Assembly: GCA_051453625.1 (NCBI GenBank)
Contig: JBOZIK010000001.1
Span: 10,083,351-10,147,350, forward strand
Direction: 5' to 3'
Source of the DNA: Welwitschia mirabilis
Taxonomy: Eukaryota
DNA: 64,000 nt
Shown here: positions 13,320 to 26,193 of the stretch, piece by piece
How positions within the stretch are numbered: position 1 is the first letter of the stretch
Layout: each line of letters begins with the position of its first letter
The notes under the pieces: model-generated
Database searches by the model: none
What the model saw: the letters and a program-made list of their open reading frames with translations, nothing else
Told to the model about the DNA's origin: nothing
Made by a program: the position numbers and the translations under genes

Positions 13320-16300
13320 ACATCGCAATTATTTTTTCCCTCATATGCCACAAATAATGCTCAAAGCTAAAAATACTAGAGAACCTACGTTACAAATAAA
13401 TTTCTTACTTTTGTAAATGTGTTATAGTTGGTTTCATATTACTTATATTTATATATTATTTAATTATTATTTCCTCTATGCTTTTTTAATGTGTTATTTA
13501 CCTTAAATAAATTTATTTTAATAATAGATGCTTACTATGTAATATTAAATGAAGATATATCAATTTTGTTATACATAGTATAATAATAGTATGATTTTTA
13601 TTATTTATAAATGTGATCTTGTTTTGCATAATGTAATAATATTATGAGCTTTGGTATTTAATATTTTTCAAATAACTAATACATAATTAACAAAGTAATA
13701 AATAAATAAAATTCGAAGAACAGAAAGATAAATCAAGAAAAATAATGTGTAAAGATGTGAGCCTAAAATAATTAGTAAATAATTATTATCTTTTAATTAG
13801 TAAATAAAATTAGTAAAAATTAATTAATGTGTAATTAATAGTTAATTAATATTAATTATGTGATTAGTATATGATATAAAAATTAAAATACACATGAGTG
13901 ACATAATAAATCTTATGGAAAAATCTCTGATTAAAAAAGCACATGAAAATGGTCAAAGTCGTATGACATGAAAAAAGATGATAAAGCTTCAACATGAATG
14001 GGTAACAAGAGGAAAACAAAAGGTTACATAAGAAAGAAAGGCATAAAGAAATATTCATTAAAAATGATAAAGCATACTAAAGATTTTATCTCCTAAGGTT
14101 TTGAATAAAGGGAAAAATCAATTTTAAAAATAAGAATATCATGCTTTAAGCCTTCACAAAAATAAATGTGTACTTAGCATAATAATTGAACTCAGGAAAA
14201 GAAAATCAAGTTTAAATAGTTCAAATTAAAGCATANNNNNNNNNNAGAAATCTTTTAGATTAAATTATATATATAGTTGAAGTACACAAGAATTAAACTA
14301 ATAGGCACTTAACATGAATTCATATGAAAATATTAACACTATCTTATTAAACTCACTTTACATGATAAAACAACTATTTTTCTTAGGTAGCATACAAATA
14401 ATTAAAACATGTGACTTATGATTATCATGAAGAACTACATGTGTAAAAGCATAATTTCATGAGATGTGAAAAGGACAATATAATAAAATAGAAATAAATA
14501 ATCTTTTATTAATATTAACTATAATTCTATGGATCATTTATAACTCCAAATAAGTAATAGAGTTTAAGTAGTCAAATCTACTAAAGTTATTTTTATACAA
14601 AAATAGTTTTCCTTAAAAAGTTCATTGCTTGAAATCATATAATATGGCTACAAATAAGTAATTTATACATCTCATTTTATTTTGTAAAAAATGTACAACT
14701 TAAAATCAAAATATAGCACTTCTAAAAGAAGTTTCTTCAAATCCACATAGCAAACCATTTAACTTAATAAGATTTTTACTAAATTCTAATAAATTTAACT
14801 TGAAATATAACTCAACTTATCATGAAATGATTTATAAAATTAATAGAATATCCAAATTATGTTTCAAATTAACAAGTAATTAAATGTTTATTAAATTAAA
14901 GTAATACTTACTTAATTTTAAACTATTTTAACCAAAAAAAATAAAAGATGATGAGAGGGGGCGGGGGAAGGGTTTTAAGAATGGACCTAGAAATTTTTAG
15001 AACCTTAAGAATACTTAAAATATGTCCTAAAATAATTTTCTAGAATTAAACATTTAAGATCTAGTACAATTAATTAATATCAAAAGGAGTATATCATCTA
15101 GATAAAATCTACAAAAATTACAGTCAATCTTTATTTAATCAAGAATATTAAGCAAATTTGAAAACTTTAGAAAAAATGAATTTCATATGTTGAAACTACT
15201 TAAAACTAATATAAGATGAGATGTTAATTTTCTAAAAACACATTAATAATTATAACAAATTCTTTATGCAAAAACAAAAAAAAAGAGAATAAACATTTCG
15301 CAATTCAAAACAATTTCCACATAAAATTGTAACTTTGACTATATATGGTCAAAAAAGGGGTTTTAGAGGCTAAATTTGAGTTCTAACTCATTAAGAATGC
15401 TAGTTTATGAATTATAAGAGAGAGACACTGATAAACATTTAAAACCAATGGAGTTGTTAAAAAATGGTTATGGTCAAAAGAAGCACTAAATTTACTAGTC
15501 TACTTTAATTTAGAGAAAAGGAGAAATAAGAAAGAAGAATCAATGTAAAAATGGATAATTGATTTTGAAAATAACTAAGTAACATATTTACAAGCCAAAC
15601 TACTACTATTAGAAGGGAGAAAGTATAAATTCATCATCATTTTCTTAGGAGGAAAAGTGAAATGGTGATAAAATGAACTAGAAGAAATGAGAAGAATGAA
15701 GGAAAGAAAAAAGAAAAGGAACAAAAAACATGATTTTTTTGACAAGTGATCAATAATTAATGCCTATAGTATGCTATGAGAGATACTAAATTCACAACAA
15801 TTTAATTATCACTAACTATGTAACATACTATAAGAAGTCTAAGATAATTAAAATAAAGCATGATAAAAATAAATAAATTAAGTAAAAAAAAGCATAGAAA
15901 TATAATAAAAAGTAAACTTGAGAAATTTTAAATAAAACCACATAGTCTTCAATTCAAATTCTTACCAAATTTAACTCTTTATTCTTGTCCTACATCATCC
16001 ATTCATATGAACTTCACCACCCCTACGATGCCCTTTGGATGGATGAAAACTATAGAAAAGGTACTAGAAAATGGAATATGAGATGATGTAGAATGCTAAA
16101 AATGCATTTGTATGATAGAAAATGAGAATACTAAAGAATGTAGAAGGATTTCAAAGCTGATATAGGGTGAAGATAAACTTGAAAATGAAGAAATAATAGA
16201 GAAATATGGTAGAAATATCCTTACAATGATTTAAAATGACCTAAATTTAAATTGAAATCCCAAAATGCCATAAATTTGATATAGTACTGTTAGTATCAAA

Positions 16301-17499
16301 TTTTAAACATTGAGGAGCATCTTTATAGTTATACTTTGGTTGGTTTTAAGCTAAGGAGTTTTTGTAACCATTGAATTTTTGCATGTGCTTTATTCTTGAC
16401 TAGGCATAACTATTACATAATGCTACAACATCATTTTACTCATCAAATTAATGCTACAACATCATAGGTAGTTTGAAAAATAACTACCCAAACTTTTAAA
16501 AATAAATTTACTCAATTTTATATCTTATAATTTATATTACATGAAAACATCAAATTTAACTTAGAAATAACTAGAAATGCACAAATTATAGCTCCTAGAA
16601 TGCAAATTTCCAAGGTACTAATAATCTAAAAGGCTCTAATATCATCCAATGCCATGTTTCCAATGTTAAATAAGTTAAAATCATCACATTAATAAGAAAA
16701 TGAGATATGATAATGGAAAAAGAACTATGAATAATTTGTAGAGATGATAAGTTGGAAAAGTCTTACATGCTCCACATTTTCACCATAAATATTCACCTCC
16801 TAATACAAATCATTATAAATAGCTTAAAATTGAATCATAATTCATCATTTTGAGCTCATTAAATGTCTGATATTCTTATGATCCAAAAATTACAAAGATA
16901 CCTCTAAGTGAAATATTATAATTTGAAAAGTAATATTAAATTATGACTATTAACATATTATTTTATCAAAAATCTAGGATTCATCAAACTTCATTATTTT
17001 TCAAGTTTCATCTAATAATTTTAAATATTTTTAAACTTCCATGAAAAAGTATAAGAGGGATGAAATTCATATCTTTATAAAAGATATAATATTATTAAAC
17101 TTTCATTAATAGTAGAAGTTTTAAGGGTTAAACTATTATTTCTTTCCAAATCATATAAATTCTTTCTCATAGATGACATCCTTAGAATTTATGACGTGGA
17201 ATATCAAAGAAGAAGATGTTAGCTAATCTTCAATTCCCAGACTTCTATGAATGTGAAGACTAACAATAAAAAAGAAATTTCTTAAATGAATGAAGAAAAT
17301 TTATCTTCTAAAGATGAAGATGAAATTTTATGAATGCTTTAACATAAATGAATCAAGTAAAAAATGAATCCTAGAAATTACTAATAAGCTAGAACTAATT
17401 ATCAAAAAAGCGATACTAAATCATTTTGCATTAAAAATTTTGGATCTAAACCAAAAGTTTTAAAATAAGGCTTAAAAGAAGCCTCATCCTCCTTTCATA

Positions 17500-20400
17500 A
17501 AATTAAGATTTTCACTTGTAATGTGAGGGGCTTGAATAATCCATCACTCTAATAGTAACTACCAACTCGATATCATGTGTTTGTAAGAAATCATAATGGA
17601 TGAAGCTAATAACTTTCAAAATATTAGAGGACTATTTTATACCTTTGATTTTGTTATTCAAGGATCCTCTAGTTGTCCAGGTGATACGTGCATACTTTAC
17701 AAATAAAAAATAGATACAACATTAATTAAGTTCATAAAGAAATTTTGGTAATTAACATTATAGAATACCAACACTAGATTATGTTAATTTTTGGATAGAA
17801 TGTTATCCATTTTTAAATCCTTATAACATATTATTTCTTCTTCTTCTTCTTTTCTGCCCTCATAAACCTATTTTCTAATGAAGAATATAGTTAAGACTTG
17901 TAGTGGAATAGATGCACAAAAGCTATGATTGCTACCATTTAAGAAATAGATGTAATTTATTTATTCATTTAAAATTATAAGTATACTTGGAACAATAATA
18001 TGCCTTAAGAAAATACAATTTCTTGTGAATTAGATAATTTTAGGTATGGTATGAAATGGTTTGATCATCATATTTCTCCAATTAAAAAGATACCAAAAAA
18101 CTAGTTATATAATTAGGCCCTTTTCTCAAAATAGGATTTAAACATAGTACTTCAAGAAAATTACATTAGAAATCTAATTAAATCTAAGTATTATAAATTA
18201 ATAGGATTTTCTATTATTCATGACACCAACATTTGGAAGGTTATGTACGATACAATATACGTTATAAGATTTAATTAAATTAACAAAATATTATATTCAT
18301 TTAAAGATAAAAAGAGTTATTAATAAATTGAATAAATTCAAGATGAAATTACTAGTTAGGATAAAACTAATGAATTCAAGATAATAAACTAGAGTTAATT
18401 AGAAATAGCGTTATATTTAATAGTAATAAAACATTTATTTACTAGCTAGAGAAAAATTTAACTAGACCAAATTTAAGATGACAACTTTATGTCCATGATT
18501 TTATCGGGAATTACTTTGACAAAGTTAGAGGTATTTATACTAGTGATGGGAAGAGGATTCCAAATTAGGAAGAAATACAAAACTTGTCTTAAAATTTTTA
18601 CTGATTTATCTTAGATTAAAAAAAGATATTCTAACTTAAACCTTAAAACGTAGATTTATAGAAGTAGTAAGACAGAAACTCTAGCTAGATCATTTAAACA
18701 TTCTAAATATGAGATCTTATTAACAGGATATTTATATAAGTTGTTTTGTCTTTTTAAGCAATAATTTTACTAGTCTTAATGGCCTTACAAAAGAGTTTTC
18801 CAAGCACTACTAAGATTTAGTATGAGAATACACATTTACTATGGTACATGAATTTTTGAGGAATGGTAAAATTGTTTTAGCTTTTATTATGATGCTAATA
18901 TCTATAATTTTTAACTTATTATTTTATATAAAAATTTACAAAATTCTGTCTATATTTTTATCTTTAAATATTAAACCCTTAATCCCACATTTAATCTCTC
19001 TAGAATAAGCTAATTTTATGTAAGGCATATTAATTGTCTATTAAATCCTCCTTGTTTAAGATATAGTCCATTCTATTTATTATTTTAAAAAAATATAAGT
19101 GTGGCTCTAAATCTTAATATAAGTAAGGTCTTTAATAGAACATACTAGACTATCTCATAACTATTTTGAGAGTGTTCAATTTCCCTTCTTATTAGGTTAC
19201 TAAGTTGTAATCATTCTTACAAATTAATAGCTTTAATATAGAGTGTTTTGTCTTATTTAATGGACTATTTTAAGGTGACTTTGTCTCTTATTATTTATTT
19301 ATTTTTTCCATGTAAGGAATATTATTTTTTTAAGAAACTAAATTAAAAAGAATACTTAATAAGAATTCAACTAGTTATAGTTGTGAATTTTTCATCTATC
19401 TCCATTTTATACATGACATTTTTTCCCCTTCCTTTAAGAATTACAAATTCTAAGTATAAATTAAAAAAAAAATTGACAGATTTAGCTCAACATTTATAAT
19501 TTATATAAATTTAAAAAAATTAGACTCTATAATTTTAATGTTTTCAACAAGAAAAAAGAATATTTTTGTTAAATACTTAAATGTTTCAAATAAAATTTAT
19601 CAACTAAATTTTTTGGTTTTTCCTATTTCTACTCAAGAAGGAATAAATATTATTAAAAATATATCATTACAAATATTGATTAATGATTTTTAGGATGAAT
19701 CAAAACTTCTATCTTAAGCAAGGTAATTATAGATAGTTCAAATATGCATAGAAAGTTTATCTTTTTATCTTATGTCATGCCTTAAAGCACTAATATTTAC
19801 TATTAACTAAATTTAACAAGTGGCTAAAAAAACTTTTATGGCTTTCTTTTGGTGATTATTATTGGAAATTTTCTATTTTTGTATTTTTTATCTCACATAT
19901 CCCTTTATTTTATACATATATCAATCCTATCTTTAGTTTGCTTTCTTTATTTACTTGATTTCCTCCATTGAATCTTTACTAAATCTTCTACAGAAATATT
20001 CAAATGTATTAATTAACTAGTTTGTATATCAATGTAATGTAGAGTATCTTATAAGATTTTTGTTTGCAGCCTATCATTAGTATTTCAAGTGGTATCAAAT
20101 CCACCTATGCTCTTGGTTTAATAATCAAACATAAAAATGATCTAAGAAAATTTCAACATCAAAGATCTACATGTCACAAAGAAATATGTAATAGTTTGAT
20201 TTTCTTGGTTATGAATCATTCTTTTTAGATTCTATTTGTTAAGTCTAACTCTTATATTCTCTTCTTTATCCAATCTTATTCTCATCTCTTCTTTAGTAAG
20301 CTTCTTTATAATGGCATAACCACTGCACTAGTCTACTATACTTTTCATTCCAACATTATTCACATGTCTTTTTCTTTATTACTATAGACCTCAACCATAA

Positions 20401-23050
20401 CCCTAACACTATGAAGTAGTAAAAGGCATGCCTCATTAATATCATGAAGAAGTAAAAGTCAGCCATAAAAATTTAATTTAGCATTTATGTCACTAGGTTT
20501 GGCACCATTTATGGTTAAATTTATCATGCTAAGGATATTATATCTAGGAATGATCTTAGAAATAGATAATTCTTATCTAAGAAATTTGCAATACTATCTC
20601 TAGCTTTATTAAAAAAATCATATTTTAATTAATTTATGGTCATCATTTAAAGAATTATTAGATAAGTAGCATATATGTAGTAGTGGCTAATGTTGTTGGT
20701 GAGTTTTTAGTAGACACAAATAATCATCATAAGGAGATTGCTAAATGTGCTCATGTCTCTTCTTCATTTTTTTAACCTTTGCAGCCTCATGGACATATGC
20801 CACTTTGTGGACATGGGTTAATTTTAAGAAAGTTATTTATGTACCTCTTATTATATGCCTAATAATTTTTCTTATTGTAAAATTCATAGAATTTTATATG
20901 AGAAAAGTCATTTTGTGTGATTTTTATTAATAGCAACTAAAAATATTAGGAGTTTTAAGAGCTTGAAATGTTTTAAGTGTTAATTTACCATGAACAAAAT
21001 GGAAAAACTTGGTAAGCTTAAGTTTAAAGGTAATGATTTTCTTACCTAACAAGTAAAAGTAGGGTTAATTTTTATGAGAGAAATTATATGGGGCTATGTT
21101 GATGGCTCTCTTCTAAAATCCACAAATGCAAATGCAAAGGCAAAGTTGAAGTAGTAATAAATAGTGTAGTATTTTCTATTGGGATTGCTTTAATAGATTA
21201 CTACCTACATCTAGTCAAATAAAACTCTAAATCTAGAGAGGTATGAAACTCTTTGAATTCATTATTGGTTTTCAAATACTTACTGCTGCACTTTTTTAAA
21301 ACAAGAATTACTTAGATTAAATTTTGATAAAAGAAGTAATGCTGTAGTCCATGTCAAAAAGTTTAATTCAATAAGAGCATGGTTAGATAGCATAAATGAA
21401 TGAATTATTGAAAGTGATGTAAAGTTTGTACTTTTAAATAGCATGTCATCTTCATCATCAAGTGTGATTTTTACTTTAAAAAATATAAATGCAAGCCTTA
21501 AAAAAATAATTTCAACATTTTTTGGAAATGTTTAAAAGTTATAAAAATATTTAAATTGGGGAGCTTTAATTTATAGCAAAAATTCAAAAGACAAGTTTCA
21601 ACCCAATTCAAGAAAAAATAAAGAAAGGACATGCTATTATTATCAAAAGTTTGAACATATTTGGATAAATTGTAGGGCAAGCATCAAAGATATTTTTGAT
21701 AGTAAGGAAAGGGTAAAAATTCTTAGTATCTTTTTAAGATGAAAACGAAGATACATATAATATAAAATAAGAGAAAGTATATCTGATTTAGATCTCTTGG
21801 GTTGTTAATACTTAAAACAATTACTTAAGAATTAATGCTTAGGCATAAGATGTACCTTCTTTTATCTAGGAAGTTACTTGGGAGATATGCATGGAATTTT
21901 CATCATTAATCTTGAAAGGAATATTTTATTTTCATTTTTATTATAATAATACTAATACAAAAGGTAACACCCCTTATGCATCACATATATCCCTTTATTT
22001 TCTATGCACATCACTATCTTTAGTTTGCTTTCTTTATTCCCTTGCTTTTCTCCCTTAAATCATCATTAAATCTTCTACAAAAATATTCAAATGTGAAATT
22101 TAAGCACTTTATATCTCAACACAATGTATTTCAATTATTAATTTAAAAATTCATATACTCCATAGAATAATTCTATTAAGACAAGGCATGACAAGGTTGG
22201 TTTATTAAGTGATTTCTTTACTTCTGTATTGTCTTAATGGGAAAATCATTATGGCAACTTCGCTCTTAAAAAAAACATGGTTAGTGGTTATGAAGCATAA
22301 ATACTTATATGGTGAAATGATATTTCAAATATTTTTGTATATAATTTAAACCTCTTCTATTTAGCATGGATTTTTAAAAAAATTAAAGATTAGTCTTTCT
22401 AGATATTTAAGAAATTTAATGATTAATTTTATGAAAATATGATAATTATTTTATCTTAACTAGTTATTAAATGATTCATCAAAACACCATTAACTTTCAA
22501 AAATGACAAACTTACATTAAGATTAAACTTATTTATTTTAAGGTTACTTAAATATAATTTATTTACTAAGGATTTTCTTAAGTAGAAAGAGATTCTAATG
22601 CATCAAGAATGTCTATTTTTCTTAGACTTCAAGACAATAAACCATATTTTCATATAATTAAAATTGATTTAATTAATCTTTAAATGTTTCCTCTTTGTCA
22701 CAAAGATTAACATGCATTTGATTAATTTGAAGCATGCACTAGATAGTTGGAATTATAAAATTCATGATGAGTAAAAGAGTCAAGTGTCAAAATTATTTTT
22801 CATCTTTATCTGATTTAAGGTATAAGAGAAAGGAAACATAATATTTGAAATTAAATTTGTTAAGTTTGTATAAATCTATAATTCCATTCTATTCTAGTAA
22901 TAAGTTTTAGCAAAGCATCAAGCTAACTTCTAGTTTTTATGATCAACCTTAATCTAGATATATCCAAAAATAAACCATAGATATGAGTGATGTCATTGAA
23001 GATGGAAAGCTAGTGACATCCTCAAAAATATAAGGGTTTTCAAATTTTGT
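17500..23050 (+). mobile_element. Degenerate L1-type LINE ORF2 (endonuclease-RT), interrupted at 19860-22133
   Basis: Motifs in order: KIFTCNVRGLNNP (~17505, EN start), SLNGLTKEFSKHY* (~18770), VALNLNISKVFNR (~19100, LDISKAFDR), GLF*GDFVSYYLF (~19262, GLRQGDPLSP) and LLS*AR (~19706). After the insertion it resumes with LMGKSLWQL...TWLVVMKHKY...SSI*HGF (22230-22375). Confidence 0.75.
19860..22133 (+). mobile_element. Small gag-only Copia derivative (TR-GAG-like), 2.27 kb, nested in the LINE
   Basis: LTRs are 19860-20087 and ~21922-22133; they share ...atatccctttatttt...tatctttagtttgctttctttatt...aaatcttctaca.aaatattcaaatgt and both end gtatttca. PBS tggtatcaaatc is at 20090 and a purine tract at 21912-21921. 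TSD ATTAT is perfect (19855-19859/22134-22138). Copia gag MEKLGKLKFKGNDFLT*QVKVGLIFMREIIWGYVDGS starts at ~20999. Confidence 0.8.
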
Positions 23051-26020
23051 AAACTAAGTTTAATGGATAAATTTCAGAACTTATCCATGTTACTAATAAG
23101 GCTTAGAATTTCTATGGAAGCTTCATCCTTAATTAAAAAACTTAATAGCTAGGCAAGACATCATCTAAGAGAGAAACCTATACTATATTTACTTCTAAGA
23201 GTAGAGCTAAATTCCTTAGATGATCTAGCTAGTAAGTTGGAATCACTTTATGAGTGATATCTTACTCATTAACAAGATTACTTAGAACTTTTAAACACTA
23301 TATAAAGAAATTAATGATTCCTACACTAGTCCTTTTTTAACTTAAGAAGAATAAAACATCCATTATTGAGAATTCTATCATAGTAAAACCACTTGATAAA
23401 GAATAATCTAATCATTTTTTCTAATTACCTATGTTTGAAGATTAAATAAATAATAATTAGAGTATTCTTATTTGTTTTTTAATATGTTTTGTAAAGCACT
23501 ACTCATTTTACTAGTTATTAAAATCCAACTTCTCTATCTAACTACTTGCTTTTATGATTGCTAGGAATTATTAAGTTCTTAATAAAGGTTAGATCATCTA
23601 GCTAGTTCTTTTATGCATCTTGGATTTCGTGATTCTTTAATGAGAATGTTTTTCTCACATTATTTAAAAAAATAATAATGATACTAATTATTTAATAATT
23701 ATTTTAATTATTTTATAAAAGATAATATTTTTTATATTTATAGTATTTTTATAAATATAACTCTATTGTAATTAGTATTCATAAGCCAATTTATTCTAAG
23801 TTATCATAATATAATATTTTTGTGTTGATGTTCAAATATAATTATTGTTGAGTAATCATAGATGAATGGATTATAATTCTAAATGGAACATAATGTAAAT
23901 ACTTAAAAATTATCATCATGATGGCTTATGTATCATCATCTAGCTCCTTATTGCTAAAACCCTAGGGACATGTTTTTCCTATAAATAAATATCCTTGAAA
24001 AAATCATATGTTATTACAACCTAGTTTACTTATGTTTATAGTTAACATACTTTATTCTGATATGTATACAATTATCACAATGCCTAACTAGCCATTGTAA
24101 AAACTTTCTATATGATATTTTTAATCTCATTACTTATGTTTTAAGTTATTTTAGAATATTGTTTTCATGTGTTTCAGGTTTATAATTATATGTAACACTC
24201 CAACTTAAGTCACTCTTCTTAGACAAGATTTTTTGATTTTGGTTTTTTAAATTTGAAATAATAAAAATAATTAATAAAATTTAGGATCAACTTCTACATA
24301 TCCTTTATTATCATAGTTATATATGTTTAGCAAAAATAGACATTATAGATCATTTCTTCTATAAATATTACTTCGATTTATAAAGAAGAATAATGTTACT
24401 TATATGTATTATATTTCTTTCTAGTTTTTTTACTATATATAGATAATCTTATATATGGTTGATGAGATGTTAGCTTGTTTTAATACAAACATGAATATAG
24501 GTTGAGCATAGTCCCTAACTAATATAATAGAAGGTTTCATCTACTATTAATGGAATTCCAACATGATACTTGGATACCATCTAGGCATGAGTTGGTTTTA
24601 CTTTAAGTTCCAAATGAAAAAAGACATGACTAAATGCAACTCCATAGGCTTAAAATTTACTTAATATACCATCAAAAAGGTGATAGATGATATGTGAGAT
24701 GAATGCATGCTTACATGTAACAGCCACTTTCTTGAAGCATTTCAAGATGGTGCAACATGATCATTTGCCACCAAGACTCATGACGTGAAGTCAGAGTAAG
24801 TTCATACATTAGTAGGATAGGAGAGTAGTGATTAAATCTACTTACAAAAGGGTGTATATAAAAAAATGCAATGCAATATATCTTGATGATGAAATCTAAG
24901 TATGGGAACCAACTTTATTAGAATTATTTTGATTAGTTATTATTTAATAAAAACACCAAATAAATTCATGCATAAAATTAAAACTAATATAGATATTTGG
25001 TTGTTTATTTACCAAAAAAATAAATTTAACTTCATTTTGGTTTATTTTATTATAAATAACCATCCATAACAGAAAAGAAAAAACACACGTAACCTTCATT
25101 TGGCATATTAGAAGATAATTACTTTTGAAAATATAGTAATGTAATCAAGACATGATGATTATATTATTTTTATATTACATAATTATAATTTTCAAATAAA
25201 TCATATCTCCACTCTAGAGTTCTTTTTCGATGAAAATCCAATATTCTACACCCAAAACTATATTTTTTTAAACCCTTTTCCAAGTTCAACTAGTAACTTT
25301 CTAAGATGATAATATGAGTAATAAGTAGAAAATAGAAGCACAATACATAATGCTTACTTAAAACTTATGTATCTATAAAATCAATAAGGGGAACAAAATC
25401 GAAAAAGCTAATTAAGTTGACTAAATTGCAAAAATAAAAACCACTATAGATTTCTAAAAATATTTATTAAAATAAGAGTAAATAAAGAAAAGAAGGATTT
25501 TATATACAAATGAGAGTATTAATAATATTATAAATTTAAACAAACATAAAAATACATCTTCCTTAAATAACTATCTAATTAAAGTTAAATTATGCTAAAA
25601 TAAGAATTACACTTACTATTCAAGAATGACGCCTTAATAAGAAATGCATGATTTGTGCTTCATAAAAGAAAAGTTAATAAATAATTTAAAATAAAATTAA
25701 CTTAATTATTATGTATCTTAAGCTCATAAATTATTAGCATGATTCCATTAAATAATTTTTTTATAATTAATTAGATAAGTTTTAGCCTATTAAGGGACTT
25801 TGTGATTAGAAATTAATAATTATTATTTGTAAAAATAAAAATAAATTATTATAGTTTTTCTTAAACTAGGCTTATTATATAACTTCTAAAAATTAACTTA
25901 TCAAATTTTTGATATCTATAGATACAATTTTAGTACTAAACATTAAATATAAAAACTATCTAAGTTTTTAGAATTATTCTCATACCATACTACACTAAAA
26001 AGGTTATGACTTTTAGTTTA

Positions 26021-26193
26021 ACATGGATTGCCACAATGGTTAAGTTGTGGACATACTGAATCCGAGGTTCTGAGTTTAAACCTCCATGTTGATGGAGGCA
26101 TATAGTTTAAAAAATTGCATGAACCTAAGTGCCATTGGGCATTTATGTGGGACATACCTACCTCCCAGCTATTACCCTTTTTAAAAGAAAAGG
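26021..26193 (+). mobile_element. tRNA-derived SINE-like element
   Basis: Box A-like tgccacaatggtt (26029-26041), box B-like gagtttaaacc (26072-26082), hairpin cctccat-gttg-atggagg and a T/A-rich tail. It is a GC-richer island with similar flanks (aaggttatgactttta / aagtttataactttta). Confidence 0.6.

Noticed and set aside
13325-17450. Probable further LTR/UTR debris (also ~26700-27500, 31400-33200, 41220-41800)
   Set aside because: No termini, PBS or protein motif could be pinned down, so it was not annotated.
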